Positions 1-15,189 are shown, counted from the first letter of the stretch. The stretch is DNA of 64,000 bases from Escherichia coli (GCF_024502345.1 NZ_JALDNN010000001.1); one strand, 5' to 3'. The notes: a model not told the origin generated them from the letters alone. A program made the numbers and translations.

Positions 1-745
1 GCATTACGCCGCGACTACGCCGATTGTCGATATGGTGCGCTTCTCTCCGGCGCAACTGGACGCCGAAGCGCTGATTAATCTGCTGCGCCCGCTGACGCCG
101 CGTCTCTATTCCATCGCCTCCTCGCAGGCGGAAGTCGAGAACGAAGTACACGTCACCGTTGGTGTGGTGCGTTACGACGTGGAAGGCCGCGCCCGTGCCG
201 GTGGTGCCTCCAGCTTCCTCGCGGACCGCGTGGAAGAAGAGGGCGAAGTTCGCGTATTTATCGAACATAACGATAACTTCCGCCTGCCCGCTAACCCGGA
301 AACCCCGGTGATTATGATTGGCCCAGGCACCGGCATCGCGCCGTTCCGCGCCTTTATGCAGCAGCGCGCCGCTGACGAAGCGCCGGGTAAAAACTGGCTG
401 TTCTTTGGCAACCCGCATTTTACGGAAGATTTCCTCTACCAGGTGGAGTGGCAGCGCTACGTCAAAGAGGGCGTGCTGACACGTATCGATCTCGCCTGGT
501 CGCGCGATCAAAAAGAAAAAGTTTACGTACAAGACAAACTGCGCGAACAGGGCGCGGAGCTGTGGCGCTGGATCAATGACGGTGCCCACATTTATGTCTG
601 CGGCGACGCTAATCGCATGGCGAAAGACGTTGAGCAGGCACTTCTGGAAGTGATTGCCGAATTTGGTGGCATGGACACCGAAGCGGCGGATGAATTTTTA
701 AGTGAGCTGCGCGTAGAGCGCCGTTATCAGCGAGATGTCTACTAA
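1..745 (+). CDS. cysJ: Sulfite reductase [NADPH] flavoprotein alpha subunit, C-terminal part (5' end lies outside the window)
   Basis: The ORF is open to the window start. The FAD/NADPH-binding C-terminus ([20 protein letters not shown], ...RYQRDVY*) matches remembered E. coli CysJ. Its stop overlaps the cysI start (TAATG). Confidence 0.95.
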   Translation, partial: HYAATTPIVDMVRFSPAQLDAEALINLLRPLTPRLYSIASSQAEVENEVHVTVGVVRYDVEGRARAGGASSFLADRVEEEGEVRVFIEHNDNFRLPANPETPVIMIGPGTGIAPFRAFMQQRAADEAPGKNWLFFGNPHFTEDFLYQVEWQRYVKEGVLTRIDLAWSRDQKEKVYVQDKLREQGAELWRWINDGAHIYVCGDANRMAKDVEQALLEVIAEFGGMDTEAADEFLSELRVERRYQRDVY

Positions 746-2457
746 TGAGCGAAAAACATCCAGGGCCTTTAGTGGTCGAAGGAAAACTGACAGACGCCGA
801 GCGCATGAAGCTTGAAAGCAACTACCTGCGCGGCACCATTGCGGAAGATTTAAACGACGGTCTGACCGGCGGCTTTAAGGGCGACAACTTCCTGCTGATC
901 CGCTTCCACGGCATGTATCAGCAGGATGACCGCGACATCCGCGCCGAACGTGCTGAACAGAAGCTGGAGCCGCGCCACGCGATGCTGTTGCGCTGCCGTC
1001 TGCCGGGTGGGGTGATTACCACTAAACAGTGGCAGGCGATCGACAAATTTGCCGGTGAAAACACCATCTATGGCAGCATTCGCCTGACCAACCGCCAGAC
1101 GTTTCAGTTCCACGGCATTCTGAAAAAGAACGTCAAACCGGTGCACCAGATGCTGCACTCGGTCGGTCTTGATGCGCTGGCGACCGCTAACGACATGAAC
1201 CGTAACGTACTCTGCACCTCGAACCCTTACGAGTCGCAGCTACACGCGGAAGCGTATGAATGGGCGAAGAAAATCTCTGAACATCTGCTGCCGCGTACCC
1301 GCGCGTATGCGGAGATCTGGCTCGATCAGGAAAAAGTCGCCACCACCGATGAAGAACCGATCCTCGGCCAGACCTACCTGCCGCGTAAATTCAAAACCAC
1401 GGTAGTGATCCCGCCACAGAACGATATCGATCTGCACGCCAACGACATGAACTTCGTGGCAATCGCCGAAAACGGCAAGCTGGTGGGCTTTAACCTGCTG
1501 GTGGGCGGTGGGCTTTCCATCGAACACGGCAACAAGAAAACCTACGCCCGCACCGCGAGTGAGTTTGGCTATCTGCCGCTGGAGCATACGCTGGCAGTGG
1601 CGGAAGCCGTCGTGACAACTCAGCGTGACTGGGGTAACCGAACCGATCGTAAAAATGCCAAAACCAAATACACGCTGGAGCGCGTGGGGGTTGAGACGTT
1701 TAAAGCGGAAGTGGAGCGTCGCGCGGGGATCAAATTCGAGCCGATTCGCCCGTATGAGTTTACCGGACGCGGAGATCGTATTGGCTGGGTTAAGGGCATT
1801 GATGATAACTGGCACCTGACGCTGTTTATCGAAAATGGTCGCATCCTTGATTATCCGGGGCGTCCGCTGAAAACCGGCCTGCTGGAGATCGCGAAGATCC
1901 ACAAAGGCGATTTCCGCATTACGGCGAACCAGAATCTGATCATCGCCGGTGTGCCGGAAAGCGAGAAAGCGAAGATCGAGAAGATCGCTAAAGAGAGCGG
2001 GTTAATGAATGCCGTCACGCCGCAGCGTGAAAACTCAATGGCCTGCGTGTCATTCCCGACTTGCCCGCTGGCGATGGCGGAAGCGGAGCGTTTCCTGCCG
2101 TCTTTTATCGACAACATCGATAATTTAATGGCGAAACATGGTGTCAGCGATGAGCATATCGTGATGCGTGTAACAGGCTGCCCGAACGGTTGTGGTCGCG
2201 CGATGCTGGCGGAAGTGGGCCTGGTGGGTAAAGCGCCGGGTCGCTACAACCTGCATCTTGGCGGCAACCGTATTGGGACACGTATCCCACGGATGTATAA
2301 AGAAAACATCACCGAGCCGGAAATCCTGGCGTCGCTTGATGAACTGATAGGGCGCTGGGCGAAAGAGCGCGAAGCGGGTGAAGGCTTCGGCGACTTTACG
2401 GTGCGTGCGGGCATCATTCGCCCGGTGCTCGATCCGGCGCGCGATTTGTGGGATTAA
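745..2457 (+). CDS. cysI: Sulfite reductase hemoprotein beta subunit
   Basis: 570-aa ORF with the expected length and sequence of E. coli CysI, including the siroheme/4Fe-4S Cys cluster ([10 protein letters not shown]...TGCPNGC). It is coupled to cysJ. Confidence 0.97.
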
Positions 2458-2476
2458 CCATCAGCCCGGTCTTGTA

Positions 2477-2509
2477 GGCCTGATAAGACGCGTGAGCGTC
2501 GCATCAGGC
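2477..2509. repeat. REP (repetitive extragenic palindrome)-like element in the cysI-cysH spacer
   Basis: Imperfect palindrome GGCCTGATAAGACGCG...GCGTCGCATCAGGC, typical of E. coli REP units. Confidence 0.7.
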
Positions 2510-2530
2510 AAGGCAAACAGTGAGGAATCT

Positions 2531-3265
2531 ATGTCCAAACTCGATCTAAACGCCCTGAACGAACTGCCGAAGGTAGATCGCATTCTGGCGCTGGCGGAAA
2601 CTAACGCCCAACTGGAAAAACTGGACGCTGAAGGCCGCGTAGCTTGGGCGCTGGATAATCTGCCCGGTGAATATGTACTTTCTTCCAGCTTTGGCATTCA
2701 GGCGGCGGTGAGCCTGCATCTGGTGAATCAAATTCGCCCGGATATTCCGGTGATCCTCACCGATACCGGTTACTTGTTCCCGGAAACCTACCGCTTTATT
2801 GACGAGTTAACGGACAAACTCAAGCTCAACCTGAAAGTGTACCGTGCTACCGAAAGCGCAGCCTGGCAGGAAGCACGCTACGGAAAACTGTGGGAACAGG
2901 GCGTTGAAGGCATTGAAAAGTACAATGACATCAACAAAGTCGAACCGATGAACCGGGCGCTGAAAGAACTTAACGCGCAAACGTGGTTTGCTGGCCTGCG
3001 CCGTGAACAATCCGGCAGCCGCGCCAATTTACCGGTGCTGGCAATTCAGCGTGGCGTATTTAAAGTGCTGCCGATTATCGACTGGGATAACCGAACGATA
3101 TATCAGTATCTGCAAAAGCATGGCCTGAAATATCACCCATTATGGGACGAAGGATATTTATCGGTGGGCGATACCCATACAACCCGTAAATGGGAACCCG
3201 GCATGGCGGAAGAAGAAACGCGTTTCTTTGGCTTAAAAAGGGAATGTGGGTTACACGAAGGGTAA
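2531..3265 (+). CDS. cysH: Phosphoadenosine phosphosulfate (PAPS) reductase
   Basis: Taking the internal ATG at 2531 gives a 244-aa product, [15 protein letters not shown]...ECGLHEG, matching CysH. The longer track ORF (2378) is an upstream in-frame extension. Confidence 0.96.
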
Positions 3266-3282
3266 ATATTGTCGGATAAATT

Positions 3283-3321
3283 AAACGCCTCTGTCAGAAA
3301 TGATGGGGGCGTTTTTATTTT
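3283..3321 (+). terminator. Probable rho-independent terminator after cysH
   Basis: AACGCC...GGGGCGTT stem followed by TTTTATTTT. Confidence 0.55.
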
Positions 3322-3528
3322 GCGAGCAGCATTCCTGATTTTAAACGTGAACGCCGCTGGAAGAATTATCAGGTATAGAATGGCGTCGGGTGCTTGAGGC
3401 TGTCTGGCGTTAAGCATTCGCGAGGTTCCAGATGGACAAAAGCCCCAGGCGATATTTCTATCAACCTGAGGCTCGCGTTCGAACGTAGCAATTCGAATGT
3501 TAGTCTCTTCTTTGCAGGGAGGCAAGAC

Positions 3529-3681
3529 ATGCTGACAAAATATGCCCTTGTGGCAATCATAGTGCTGTGTTTTACAGTACTGGGATTCACGCTGATGGTA
3601 GGCGACTCGTTGTGTGAGTTGAGTATCAGAGAACGTGGTATGGAGTTTAAGGCTGTTCTCGCTTACGAATCGAAGAAGTAG
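3529..3681 (+). CDS. hokX: Hok/Gef-family small membrane toxin (type I toxin-antitoxin locus, hokX/sokX position)
   Basis: 50-aa [53 protein letters not shown]. It has an N-terminal TM helix plus the SLCE...AYES-K signature of Hok. It is followed by a GC-rich hairpin (ACGCGGGG-GTAAAA-CCCCGCGT). Its position between cysH and cas3 matches my recollection of sokX/hokX in K-12. Confidence 0.7.
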   Translation: MLTKYALVAIIVLCFTVLGFTLMVGDSLCELSIRERGMEFKAVLAYESKK

Positions 3682-3870
3682 CCACCACGCGGGGGTAAAA
3701 CCCCGCGTATTGAATTGTGATGGTTTGGTCTCCTGCACCCTTTTTTAAATTTATATTTTTTATGTGAATATATTGTCTCTATTTATTATTATGAATTTCA
3801 AATGAAAATCATAAATTTATTCACAATATAAATGTTTTATTGGCTGATATATATCACAGATAATTTTTAA

Positions 3871-6135
<2,265 letters not shown>

Positions 6136-6138
6136 GTT

Positions 6139-6231
6139 AGACGTTCTTTAAAAATAAGGAAATGTTTTAATTTAGTTGGTAGATTGTTGATGCGGAATAA
6201 ATTTGTTTAAAAACAGTTATGTATGCTTAGT
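6139..6231 (+). promoter_or_regulatory. AT-rich CRISPR leader
   Basis: A ~90-bp AT-rich tract lies between the cas2-derived stop codon and the first repeat, which is the usual position of the type I-E leader and promoter. Confidence 0.55.
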
Positions 6232-6443
6232 GTGTTCCCCGCGCCAGCGGGGATAAACCGGGGCCGACGGTCGCAGTATTGGACCATTTCAAGTGTTCCC
6301 CGCGCCAGCGGGGATAAACCGACTCTTACATGCTTAATCAGATTCTGGCGGATGTGTTCCCCGCGCCAGCGGGGATAAACCGGGCGCACTGGATGCGATG
6401 ATGGATATCACTTAGAATTCCCCGCCCCTGCGGTAGAACTCCC
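6232..6443 (+). CRISPR. Type I-E CRISPR mini-array: 3 perfect 29-bp repeats, 3 spacers of 32 bp and 1 degenerate terminal repeat
   Basis: GTGTTCCCCGCGCCAGCGGGGATAAACCG occurs at 6232-6260, 6293-6321 and 6354-6382. Spacers are at 6261-6292, 6322-6353 and 6383-6414. The degenerate terminal repeat GAATTCCCCGCCCCTGCGGTAGAACTCCC is at 6415-6443. The array abuts the 3' end of iap, as in the classical iap-associated array. Confidence 0.97.
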
Positions 6444-6463
6444 AGCTCCCATTTTCAAACCCA

Positions 6464-7501
6464 TCAAGACGCCTTCGCCAGCTCCTTCACCAACGGTAGC
6501 ATTATCCGCATAACGTCACGGCAGCGACGTTCTATTCTTCCAGGAAGTGCCTTATCAATATGCTGTTGATTATCCAGTCTTACGTCATGCCAGCTATTTC
6601 CCGCAGGGAATGCGGCTGTTTTTGCGCGTTGCTGATAACCATCCTTATTCCCAAGATTCCAGTTAGTCGCTTCCACCGAAAGTACAGCAATGCCCGCTTT
6701 GTCGAATATTTCTGCGTCATTACAACACCCAGTGCCTTTCGGATAATTTTTATTCAGACTCGGATTGGTCGTTGCGGCTATTCCGTGACTGCGCGCAATT
6801 GCCAGCGCCCTGTCGCGCGTTAATTTCCTTACTGATTCAGGGGTTTTTACACCGCTGTTGAAATACAATTTATCGCCAACAATTAAGTTATCGAGATTAA
6901 TCACCAGCAGCGTATTTTTCTTTTCGGTGTCACTCATCCGCTTGAGTAAATTCTCAGCGCCTAATTTCCCTTCCTCTTCGCCGCTGGTCGCCACAAATCG
7001 AATACCATACTCGGTAGGCGTATTTTTCAGGCGTTCTGCCAGTTCCAGCATGACACCTAAACCTGCGGCGTTATCATCCATTCCTTGTAACGTCAGCCCG
7101 CCGAGATTGGCATCGGCGTCAGCATCGCTCAGCGGGGCGTAAGTATCCAGATGCGCCATAATGATGATCTGCTGCGGCGCTTTGCCTTCATGAGCGGCAA
7201 TCACCGTACTTCCCGTCACGTTATGCCAGCTCTTACGATTATCGCGGGCGGTATAAATATACCGACTATTAAATGTCCGAATATCACTGCGATAACCCAT
7301 TTGCTGAAACTGTTGGCGAATATAATCGGCAGATAACATTTCTGCAGGAGTTCCGGTCATGCGTCCCGGAAAGAAAGTAGCAATATGTCGTGCCTGAGTA
7401 TTAGCAAAATCGCCAGGTTTAGGTGACGAGGCGTGTACGGGGAGAATAAAGCATACGCCGAGCGCCAGGGCAGCGGTACGGTGGCGCAATGCGGAAAACA
7501 T
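6464..7501 (-). CDS. iap: Alkaline phosphatase isozyme conversion aminopeptidase
   Basis: 345-aa ORF with a signal peptide and an M28-type metallopeptidase core. Length, sequence and synteny match Iap. Confidence 0.93.
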   Translation of the reverse strand: MFSALRHRTAALALGVCFILPVHASSPKPGDFANTQARHIATFFPGRMTGTPAEMLSADYIRQQFQQMGYRSDIRTFNSRYIYTARDNRKSWHNVTGSTVIAAHEGKAPQQIIIMAHLDTYAPLSDADADANLGGLTLQGMDDNAAGLGVMLELAERLKNTPTEYGIRFVATSGEEEGKLGAENLLKRMSDTEKKNTLLVINLDNLIVGDKLYFNSGVKTPESVRKLTRDRALAIARSHGIAATTNPSLNKNYPKGTGCCNDAEIFDKAGIAVLSVEATNWNLGNKDGYQQRAKTAAFPAGNSWHDVRLDNQQHIDKALPGRIERRCRDVMRIMLPLVKELAKAS

Positions 7502-7752
7502 AGTGAGTCCTTAAATACCATGCAAATTTTTTTACCGCCATAGTATGAAACTGCCGCTGCGCTAAAACAATTTCAAATCTTCCTAAACGCCCGAAATCCG
7601 GTGCCTTAAGCACTTTTTGATATTAGCTTTGCCAAATCGTTATTCCGTTAAGGAACTACTCATTCTAATTGGTAATTTCATTCGTTCTCTTACGCTCCCT
7701 ATAGTCGAAACATCTGATGGCAAGAAAATAGCGGTATTGCAAAGGAACGGTT

Positions 7753-8661
7753 ATGGATCAAAAACGACTTACTCACCTGCGGCAACTGGAGGCGGAAAGC
7801 ATCCACATTATTCGCGAGGTGGCGGCAGAATTCTCAAATCCGGTGATGCTCTACTCTATCGGTAAAGATTCCAGCGTCATGCTGCATCTGGCGCGCAAGG
7901 CGTTTTATCCAGGTACGCTGCCTTTCCCGTTGCTGCATGTTGATACCGGCTGGAAATTCCGCGAGATGTATGAGTTCCGCGATCGTACGGCTAAAGCCTA
8001 CGGCTGCGAGTTGCTGGTGCATAAAAACCCGGAAGGCGTGGCGATGGGGATTAATCCATTCGTGCACGGCAGCGCGAAACATACCGATATTATGAAGACC
8101 GAAGGCCTGAAGCAGGCGCTGAATAAATACGGTTTTGATGCCGCCTTCGGTGGTGCGCGCCGCGACGAAGAGAAATCCCGTGCTAAAGAGCGTATCTACT
8201 CTTTCCGTGATCGCTTCCATCGCTGGGACCCGAAAAATCAGCGCCCGGAGCTGTGGCACAACTATAACGGGCAGATTAACAAAGGCGAAAGCATCCGCGT
8301 TTTCCCGCTCTCTAACTGGACCGAGCAGGATATCTGGCAATACATCTGGCTGGAAAATATCGACATTGTGCCGCTGTATCTCGCTGCGGAACGTCCGGTT
8401 CTGGAACGCGACGGTATGTTGATGATGATTGATGACAACCGTATCGACCTGCAACCGGGCGAAGTGATCAAAAAACGGATGGTGCGTTTCCGTACGCTGG
8501 GCTGCTGGCCGCTGACCGGTGCGGTGGAGTCAAATGCACAAACACTGCCGGAAATCATTGAAGAGATGCTGGTTTCCACCACCAGTGAACGTCAGGGCCG
8601 CGTGATTGACCGCGACCAGGCGGGATCCATGGAGCTGAAAAAACGTCAGGGGTATTTTTAA
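7753..8661 (+). CDS. cysD: Sulfate adenylyltransferase subunit 2
   Basis: 302-aa ORF ([23 protein letters not shown]...) matching CysD. Confidence 0.97.
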   Translation: MDQKRLTHLRQLEAESIHIIREVAAEFSNPVMLYSIGKDSSVMLHLARKAFYPGTLPFPLLHVDTGWKFREMYEFRDRTAKAYGCELLVHKNPEGVAMGINPFVHGSAKHTDIMKTEGLKQALNKYGFDAAFGGARRDEEKSRAKERIYSFRDRFHRWDPKNQRPELWHNYNGQINKGESIRVFPLSNWTEQDIWQYIWLENIDIVPLYLAAERPVLERDGMLMMIDDNRIDLQPGEVIKKRMVRFRTLGCWPLTGAVESNAQTLPEIIEEMLVSTTSERQGRVIDRDQAGSMELKKRQGYF

Positions 8662-8662
8662 G

Positions 8663-10090
8663 ATGAACACCGCACTTGCACAACAAATCGCCAATGAAGG
8701 CGGCGTCGAAGCCTGGATGATTGCGCAACAACATAAAAGCCTGCTGCGTTTTCTGACCTGTGGTAGCGTCGATGACGGCAAAAGTACCCTGATTGGTCGT
8801 CTGCTGCACGATACCCGCCAAATCTATGAAGATCAGCTCTCATCGCTGCATAACGACAGTAAGCGTCACGGCACCCAGGGCGAAAAGCTGGATCTGGCAC
8901 TGCTGGTGGACGGCCTGCAAGCTGAGCGCGAACAGGGCATCACCATTGACGTGGCTTACCGTTATTTCTCTACCGAGAAGCGTAAATTTATTATCGCCGA
9001 CACCCCAGGGCACGAGCAGTACACCCGCAATATGGCGACTGGCGCATCGACATGTGAACTGGCGATCTTACTGATCGATGCCCGTAAAGGCGTGCTCGAT
9101 CAAACCCGTCGTCACAGTTTTATCTCCACACTGTTGGGGATCAAACATCTGGTCGTGGCGATCAACAAAATGGATCTGGTGGATTACAGTGAAGAGACGT
9201 TCACCCGTATTCGTGAAGATTATCTGACCTTTGCCGGGCAGCTGCCGGGTCATCTGGATATCCGCTTTGTGCCGCTCTCCGCACTGGAAGGTGACAACGT
9301 GGCTTCGCAAAGTGAAAGTATGCCGTGGTACAGCGGTCCGACACTGCTCGAAGTGCTGGAAACCGTGGAGATCCAGCGAGTGGTGGATGCCCAGCCAATG
9401 CGCTTCCCGGTGCAGTACGTTAACCGCCCAAATCTCGATTTTCGTGGCTACGCCGGAACGCTGGCATCCGGTCGCGTGGAAGTCGGGCAACGTGTAAAAG
9501 TGCTGCCCTCTGGTGTGGAATCAAACGTCGCGCGGATCGTGACTTTTGATGGTGATCGCGAAGAAGCCTTTGCCGGAGAAGCGATCACCCTGGTGCTGAC
9601 GGATGAGATCGACATCAGCCGTGGCGATCTGCTGCTGGCGGCAGACGAAGCGTTACCAGCTGTGCAGAGCGCGTCGGTGGATGTGGTATGGATGGCGGAA
9701 CAGCCGCTTTCCCCGGGCCAGAGTTATGACATCAAAATTGCCGGTAAGAAGACGCGTGCGCGTGTTGATGGCATTCGTTATCAGGTTGATATTAATAACC
9801 TTACCCAACGCGAAGTTGAAAACCTGCCGCTGAACGGCATCGGCCTGGTGGATCTCACTTTTGACGAGCCGCTGGTGTTAGATCGTTATCAGCAAAACCC
9901 GGTTACCGGTGGGCTGATTTTTATCGATCGCCTGAGCAATGTGACCGTAGGTGCCGGTATGGTGCATGAGCCAGTTAGCCAGGCAACTGCTGCGCCATCT
10001 GAATTTAGTGCATTCGAACTGGAATTGAATGCCCTGGTTCGCCGCCACTTTCCACACTGGGGCGCGCGCGATTTGCTGGGGGATAAATAA
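8663..10090 (+). CDS. cysN: Sulfate adenylyltransferase subunit 1 (GTPase)
   Basis: 475 aa with GTPase motifs GSVDDGKST and DTPGH...NKMD. It is adjacent to cysD. Confidence 0.97.
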   Translation: MNTALAQQIANEGGVEAWMIAQQHKSLLRFLTCGSVDDGKSTLIGRLLHDTRQIYEDQLSSLHNDSKRHGTQGEKLDLALLVDGLQAEREQGITIDVAYRYFSTEKRKFIIADTPGHEQYTRNMATGASTCELAILLIDARKGVLDQTRRHSFISTLLGIKHLVVAINKMDLVDYSEETFTRIREDYLTFAGQLPGHLDIRFVPLSALEGDNVASQSESMPWYSGPTLLEVLETVEIQRVVDAQPMRFPVQYVNRPNLDFRGYAGTLASGRVEVGQRVKVLPSGVESNVARIVTFDGDREEAFAGEAITLVLTDEIDISRGDLLLAADEALPAVQSASVDVVWMAEQPLSPGQSYDIKIAGKKTRARVDGIRYQVDINNLTQREVENLPLNGIGLVDLTFDEPLVLDRYQQNPVTGGLIFIDRLSNVTVGAGMVHEPVSQATAAPSEFSAFELELNALVRRHFPHWGARDLLGDK

Positions 10091-10695
10091 TGGCGCTGCA
10101 TGACGAAAACGTCGTCTGGCATAGCCATTCGGTCACTGTGCAACAACGCGAGCTACACCACGGTCATCGTGGTGTAGTGCTGTGGTTTACCGGCCTCTCC
10201 GGGTCCGGTAAATCAACGGTCGCCGGGGCGCTGGAGGAGGCGTTACATAAACTCGGCGTCAGTACGTATCTGCTGGATGGCGACAATGTTCGCCACGGAT
10301 TATGCAGCGATCTCGGTTTTAGCGATGCCGATCGTAAAGAGAATATCCGTCGCGTCGGTGAAGTGGCGAATTTGATGGTTGAAGCCGGACTGGTGGTGCT
10401 GACCGCATTTATCTCGCCACACCGCGCCGAACGCCAGATGGTTCGCGAACGCGTAGGAGAAGGGCGCTTTATCGAAGTGTTTGTCGATACGCCGCTGGCG
10501 ATTTGCGAAGCCCGCGATCCCAAAGGCTTATATAAGAAAGCGCGTGCCGGTGAACTGCGCAACTTTACGGGAATAGATTCCGTTTACGAAGCGCCTGAAT
10601 CGGCAGAAATTCATCTCAATGGTGAACAATTAGTAACAAATTTGGTACAGCAATTATTAGATCTGTTGAGACAGAACGATATTATCAGATCCTGA
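10090..10695 (+). CDS. cysC: Adenylyl-sulfate (APS) kinase
   Basis: 201 aa with P-loop GLSGSGKST. Its start overlaps the cysN stop. Confidence 0.97.
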   Translation: MALHDENVVWHSHSVTVQQRELHHGHRGVVLWFTGLSGSGKSTVAGALEEALHKLGVSTYLLDGDNVRHGLCSDLGFSDADRKENIRRVGEVANLMVEAGLVVLTAFISPHRAERQMVRERVGEGRFIEVFVDTPLAICEARDPKGLYKKARAGELRNFTGIDSVYEAPESAEIHLNGEQLVTNLVQQLLDLLRQNDIIRS

Positions 10696-10744
10696 GACAC
10701 CACCGGGTTTCCATGCCCGGTTCGTCAAAGTAACAGGATCAAAT

Positions 10745-11068
10745 ATGCGTAATAGCCATAACATTACACTAACAAATAACGACAGCCTTACTGAGGATGA
10801 AGAAACCACATGGTCACTGTCTGGTGCCGTGGTCGGTTTTATCTCCTGGTTATTTGCGCTGGCGATGCCGATGTTGATTTATGGCTCTAACACGCTGTTC
10901 TTCTTTATCTACACCTGGCCTTTCTTTCTGGCACTGATGCCTGTCGCGGTAGTGGTGGGGATTGCGCTGCATTCATTGATGGACGGAAAGCTACGCTACA
11001 GTATTGTTTTCACCCTGATGACAGTAGGCATTATGTTTGGCGCACTGTTTATGTGGCTACTGGGCTAA
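10745..11068 (+). CDS. ygbE: Inner-membrane protein YgbE (DUF3561)
   Basis: 107-aa hydrophobic ORF in the conserved cysC-ftsB position. Confidence 0.85.
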   Translation: MRNSHNITLTNNDSLTEDEETTWSLSGAVVGFISWLFALAMPMLIYGSNTLFFFIYTWPFFLALMPVAVVVGIALHSLMDGKLRYSIVFTLMTVGIMFGALFMWLLG

Positions 11069-11261
11069 TTTGTACTTTCCCGTCTCCTCTGTTCATAATT
11101 CAAACCGTAACTAATAATGAGATTATGTTCTGCACGCCCTGGGTATACGTAACAATGGACAAATGTGGTACATTTGCCCGCGTTGTCGCGGTATCCCCAA
11201 CAGAGGATGTAGAGTCGTCTTCGGATGCATGGGATGATGATGCCGTTTTTCAGGGGGCAGG

Positions 11262-11573
11262 ATGGGTAAACTAACGCTGCTGTTGCTGGCTATTCTGGTC
11301 TGGCTACAGTATTCGCTGTGGTTCGGTAAGAACGGTATACATGACTATACCCGCGTCAATGATGATGTGGCGGCACAGCAAGCTACAAACGCGAAACTTA
11401 AAGCGCGAAACGATCAACTTTTTGCCGAAATTGACGATCTCAATGGCGGCCAGGAGGCGCTCGAAGAGCGTGCGCGTAATGAACTCAGCATGACCAGGCC
11501 GGGCGAAACTTTTTATCGTCTGGTGCCTGACGCGTCGAAGCGCGCACAGTCTGCGGGGCAAAACAATCGATAA
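11262..11573 (+). CDS. ftsB: Cell division protein FtsB
   Basis: 103 aa with an N-terminal TM segment plus a coiled coil ([25 protein letters not shown]...). Confidence 0.95.
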
Positions 11574-11591
11574 ATCAGCCCGGGAATTAAC

Positions 11592-12302
11592 ATGGCAACC
11601 ACTCATTTGGATGTTTGCGCCGTGGTTCCGGCGGCCGGATTTGGCCGTCGAATGCAAACGGAATGTCCTAAGCAATATCTCTCAATCGGTAATCAAACCA
11701 TTCTTGAACACTCGGTGCATGCGCTGCTGGCGCATCCCCGGGTGAAACGTGTCGTCATTGCCATAAGTCCTGGCGATAGCCGTTTTGCACAACTTCCTCT
11801 GGCGAATCATCCGCAAATCACCGTTGTAGATGGCGGTGATGAGCGTGCCGATTCCGTGCTGGCAGGTTTGAAAGCCGCTGGCGACGCGCAGTGGGTATTG
11901 GTGCATGACGCCGCTCGTCCTTGTCTGCATCAGGATGACCTCGCGCGATTGTTGGCGTTGAGCGAAACCAGCCGCACGGGAGGGATCCTAGCCGCACCAG
12001 TGCGCGATACTATGAAACGTGCCGAACCGGGCAAAAATGCCATTGCTCATACCGTTGATCGCAACGGCTTATGGCACGCGCTGACGCCGCAATTTTTCCC
12101 TCGTGAGCTGTTACATGACTGTCTGACGCGCGCTCTAAATGAAGGCGCGACTATTACCGACGAAGCCTCGGCGCTGGAATATTGCGGATTCCATCCTCAG
12201 TTGGTCGAAGGCCGTGCGGATAACATTAAAGTCACGCGCCCGGAGGATTTGGCACTGGCCGAGTTTTACCTCACCCGAACCATCCATCAGGAGAATACAT
12301 AA
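11592..12302 (+). CDS. ispD: 2-C-methyl-D-erythritol 4-phosphate cytidylyltransferase
   Basis: 236-aa ORF matching IspD. It is coupled to ispF by an ATAATG overlap. Confidence 0.96.
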   Translation: MATTHLDVCAVVPAAGFGRRMQTECPKQYLSIGNQTILEHSVHALLAHPRVKRVVIAISPGDSRFAQLPLANHPQITVVDGGDERADSVLAGLKAAGDAQWVLVHDAARPCLHQDDLARLLALSETSRTGGILAAPVRDTMKRAEPGKNAIAHTVDRNGLWHALTPQFFPRELLHDCLTRALNEGATITDEASALEYCGFHPQLVEGRADNIKVTRPEDLALAEFYLTRTIHQENT

Positions 12303-12781
12303 TGCGAATTGGACACGGTTTTGACGTACACGCCTTTGGCGGTGAAGGCCCAATTATCATTGGTGGCGTACGCATTCCTTACAAAAAAGGATTGCTGGCG
12401 CATTCTGATGGCGACGTGGCGCTCCATGCGTTGACCGATGCATTGCTTGGCGCGGCGGCGCTGGGGGATATCGGCAAGCTGTTCCCGGATACCGATCCGG
12501 CATTTAAAGGTGCCGACAGCCGCGAGCTGCTACGCGAAGCCTGGCGTCGTATTCAGGCGAAGGGTTATACCCTTGGCAACGTCGATGTCACTATCATCGC
12601 TCAGGCACCGAAGATGTTGCCGCACATTCCACAAATGCGCGTGTTTATTGCCGAAGATCTCGGCTGCCATATGGATGATGTTAACGTGAAAGCCACTACT
12701 ACGGAAAAACTTGGATTTACCGGACGTGGGGAAGGGATTGCCTGTGAAGCGGTGGCGCTACTCATTAAGGCAACAAAATGA
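12302..12781 (+). CDS. ispF: 2-C-methyl-D-erythritol 2,4-cyclodiphosphate synthase
   Basis: 159 aa, [14 protein letters not shown]... as in IspF. Confidence 0.97.
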   Translation: MRIGHGFDVHAFGGEGPIIIGGVRIPYKKGLLAHSDGDVALHALTDALLGAAALGDIGKLFPDTDPAFKGADSRELLREAWRRIQAKGYTLGNVDVTIIAQAPKMLPHIPQMRVFIAEDLGCHMDDVNVKATTTEKLGFTGRGEGIACEAVALLIKATK

Positions 12782-13807
12782 TTGAGTTTGATAATCTCAC
12801 TTACCTCCACGGTGAACCGCAAGGCACCGGGCTGCTGAAAGCCAATCCGGAAGACTTTGTGGTGGTGGAAGATTTGGGCTTTGAGCCTGATGGTGAAGGT
12901 GAGCATATTCTGGTTAGAATCCTCAAAAACGGCTGCAATACCCGATTTGTGGCGGATGCACTGGCGAAATTCCTGAAAATTCATGCCCGTGAAGTCAGCT
13001 TCGCTGGGCAAAAAGACAAACATGCTGTTACGGAACAGTGGTTATGCGCTCGCGTGCCAGGCAAGGAAATGCCCGATCTGAGCGCCTTTCAACTGGAAGG
13101 CTGCCAGGTGCTGGAGTATGCGCGGCACAAGCGCAAGCTGCGTTTAGGCGCGCTGAAAGGTAACGCCTTTACCCTGGTTCTGCGCGAAGTGAGCAATCGC
13201 GATGACGTTGAACAACGTCTGATCGATATTTGCGTAAAAGGTGTACCGAACTACTTCGGTGCCCAACGTTTTGGGATTGGCGGTAGCAACTTGCAGGGGG
13301 CGCAGCGCTGGGCGCAAACCAATACTCCGGTGCGCGATCGCAATAAACGGAGTTTTTGGTTGTCGGCAGCCCGCAGTGCGTTGTTTAATCAGATTGTTGC
13401 TGAGCGCCTCAAAAAAGCAGACGTTAATCAAGTTGTTGACGGCGATGCGCTACAATTAGCCGGACGTGGTAGCTGGTTTGTCGCAACCACCGAAGAACTG
13501 GCGGAATTACAGCGTCGCGTTAACGATAAAGAGCTGATGATAACCGCCGCATTGCCGGGCAGTGGCGAATGGGGAACTCAGCGTGAAGCGCTGGCATTCG
13601 AACAAGCAGCTGTCGCCGCAGAAACTGAATTACAAGCTTTACTGGTGCGCGAAAAAGTTGAAGCCGCGCGCAGAGCGATGCTGCTGTATCCGCAACAATT
13701 AAGCTGGAATTGGTGGGATGACGTCACCGTAGAGATCCGTTTCTGGCTTCCGGCGGGTAGTTTTGCAACCAGCGTTGTCAGGGAACTTATCAACACAACA
13801 GGTGATT

Positions 13808-13827
<20 letters not shown>
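12778..13827 (+). CDS. truD: tRNA pseudouridine(13) synthase
   Basis: 349 aa in syntenic position, with a 4-bp overlap onto ispF. Confidence 0.95.

Positions 13828-15189
<1,362 letters not shown>

Noticed and set aside
1240-1902. A 220-aa minus-strand ORF inside cysI. Similar antisense ORFs occur inside mutS (28874-29446), rpoS (16957-17589), hosA (17579-18007), cysD (7834-8454), hycB (58131-58628) and ygbK (23573-24280).
   Set aside because: All of them overlap well-supported genes on the opposite strand, have no start-site signals and give non-protein-like translations. I treat them as frame shadows.
3394-3528. An upstream in-frame extension of the hok ORF (track ORF 3394-3681), considered as a possible Mok reading frame.
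   Set aside because: Mok overlaps hok in a different frame. This stretch is only stop-free leader in the same frame with no SD, so I annotated only the 50-aa Hok ORF.
3133-3738. A 201-aa minus-strand ORF spanning the cysH 3' end, the terminator and the hok locus.
   Set aside because: It overlaps two supported plus-strand genes and a terminator, and I recognised no motif. It is likely spurious. The real minus-strand product here should be a short Sok RNA, not a protein.
6207-6389. A 60-aa minus-strand ORF crossing the CRISPR array.
   Set aside because: It is the translation of the repeats themselves (the repeated PRWRGEH and ARG pattern). It is an artefact of the array.
11053-11274. A 73-aa plus-strand ORF in the ygbE-ftsB spacer.
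   Set aside because: It overlaps the ygbE end and the ftsB start region, has no start signals, and K-12 has no gene at the equivalent position.
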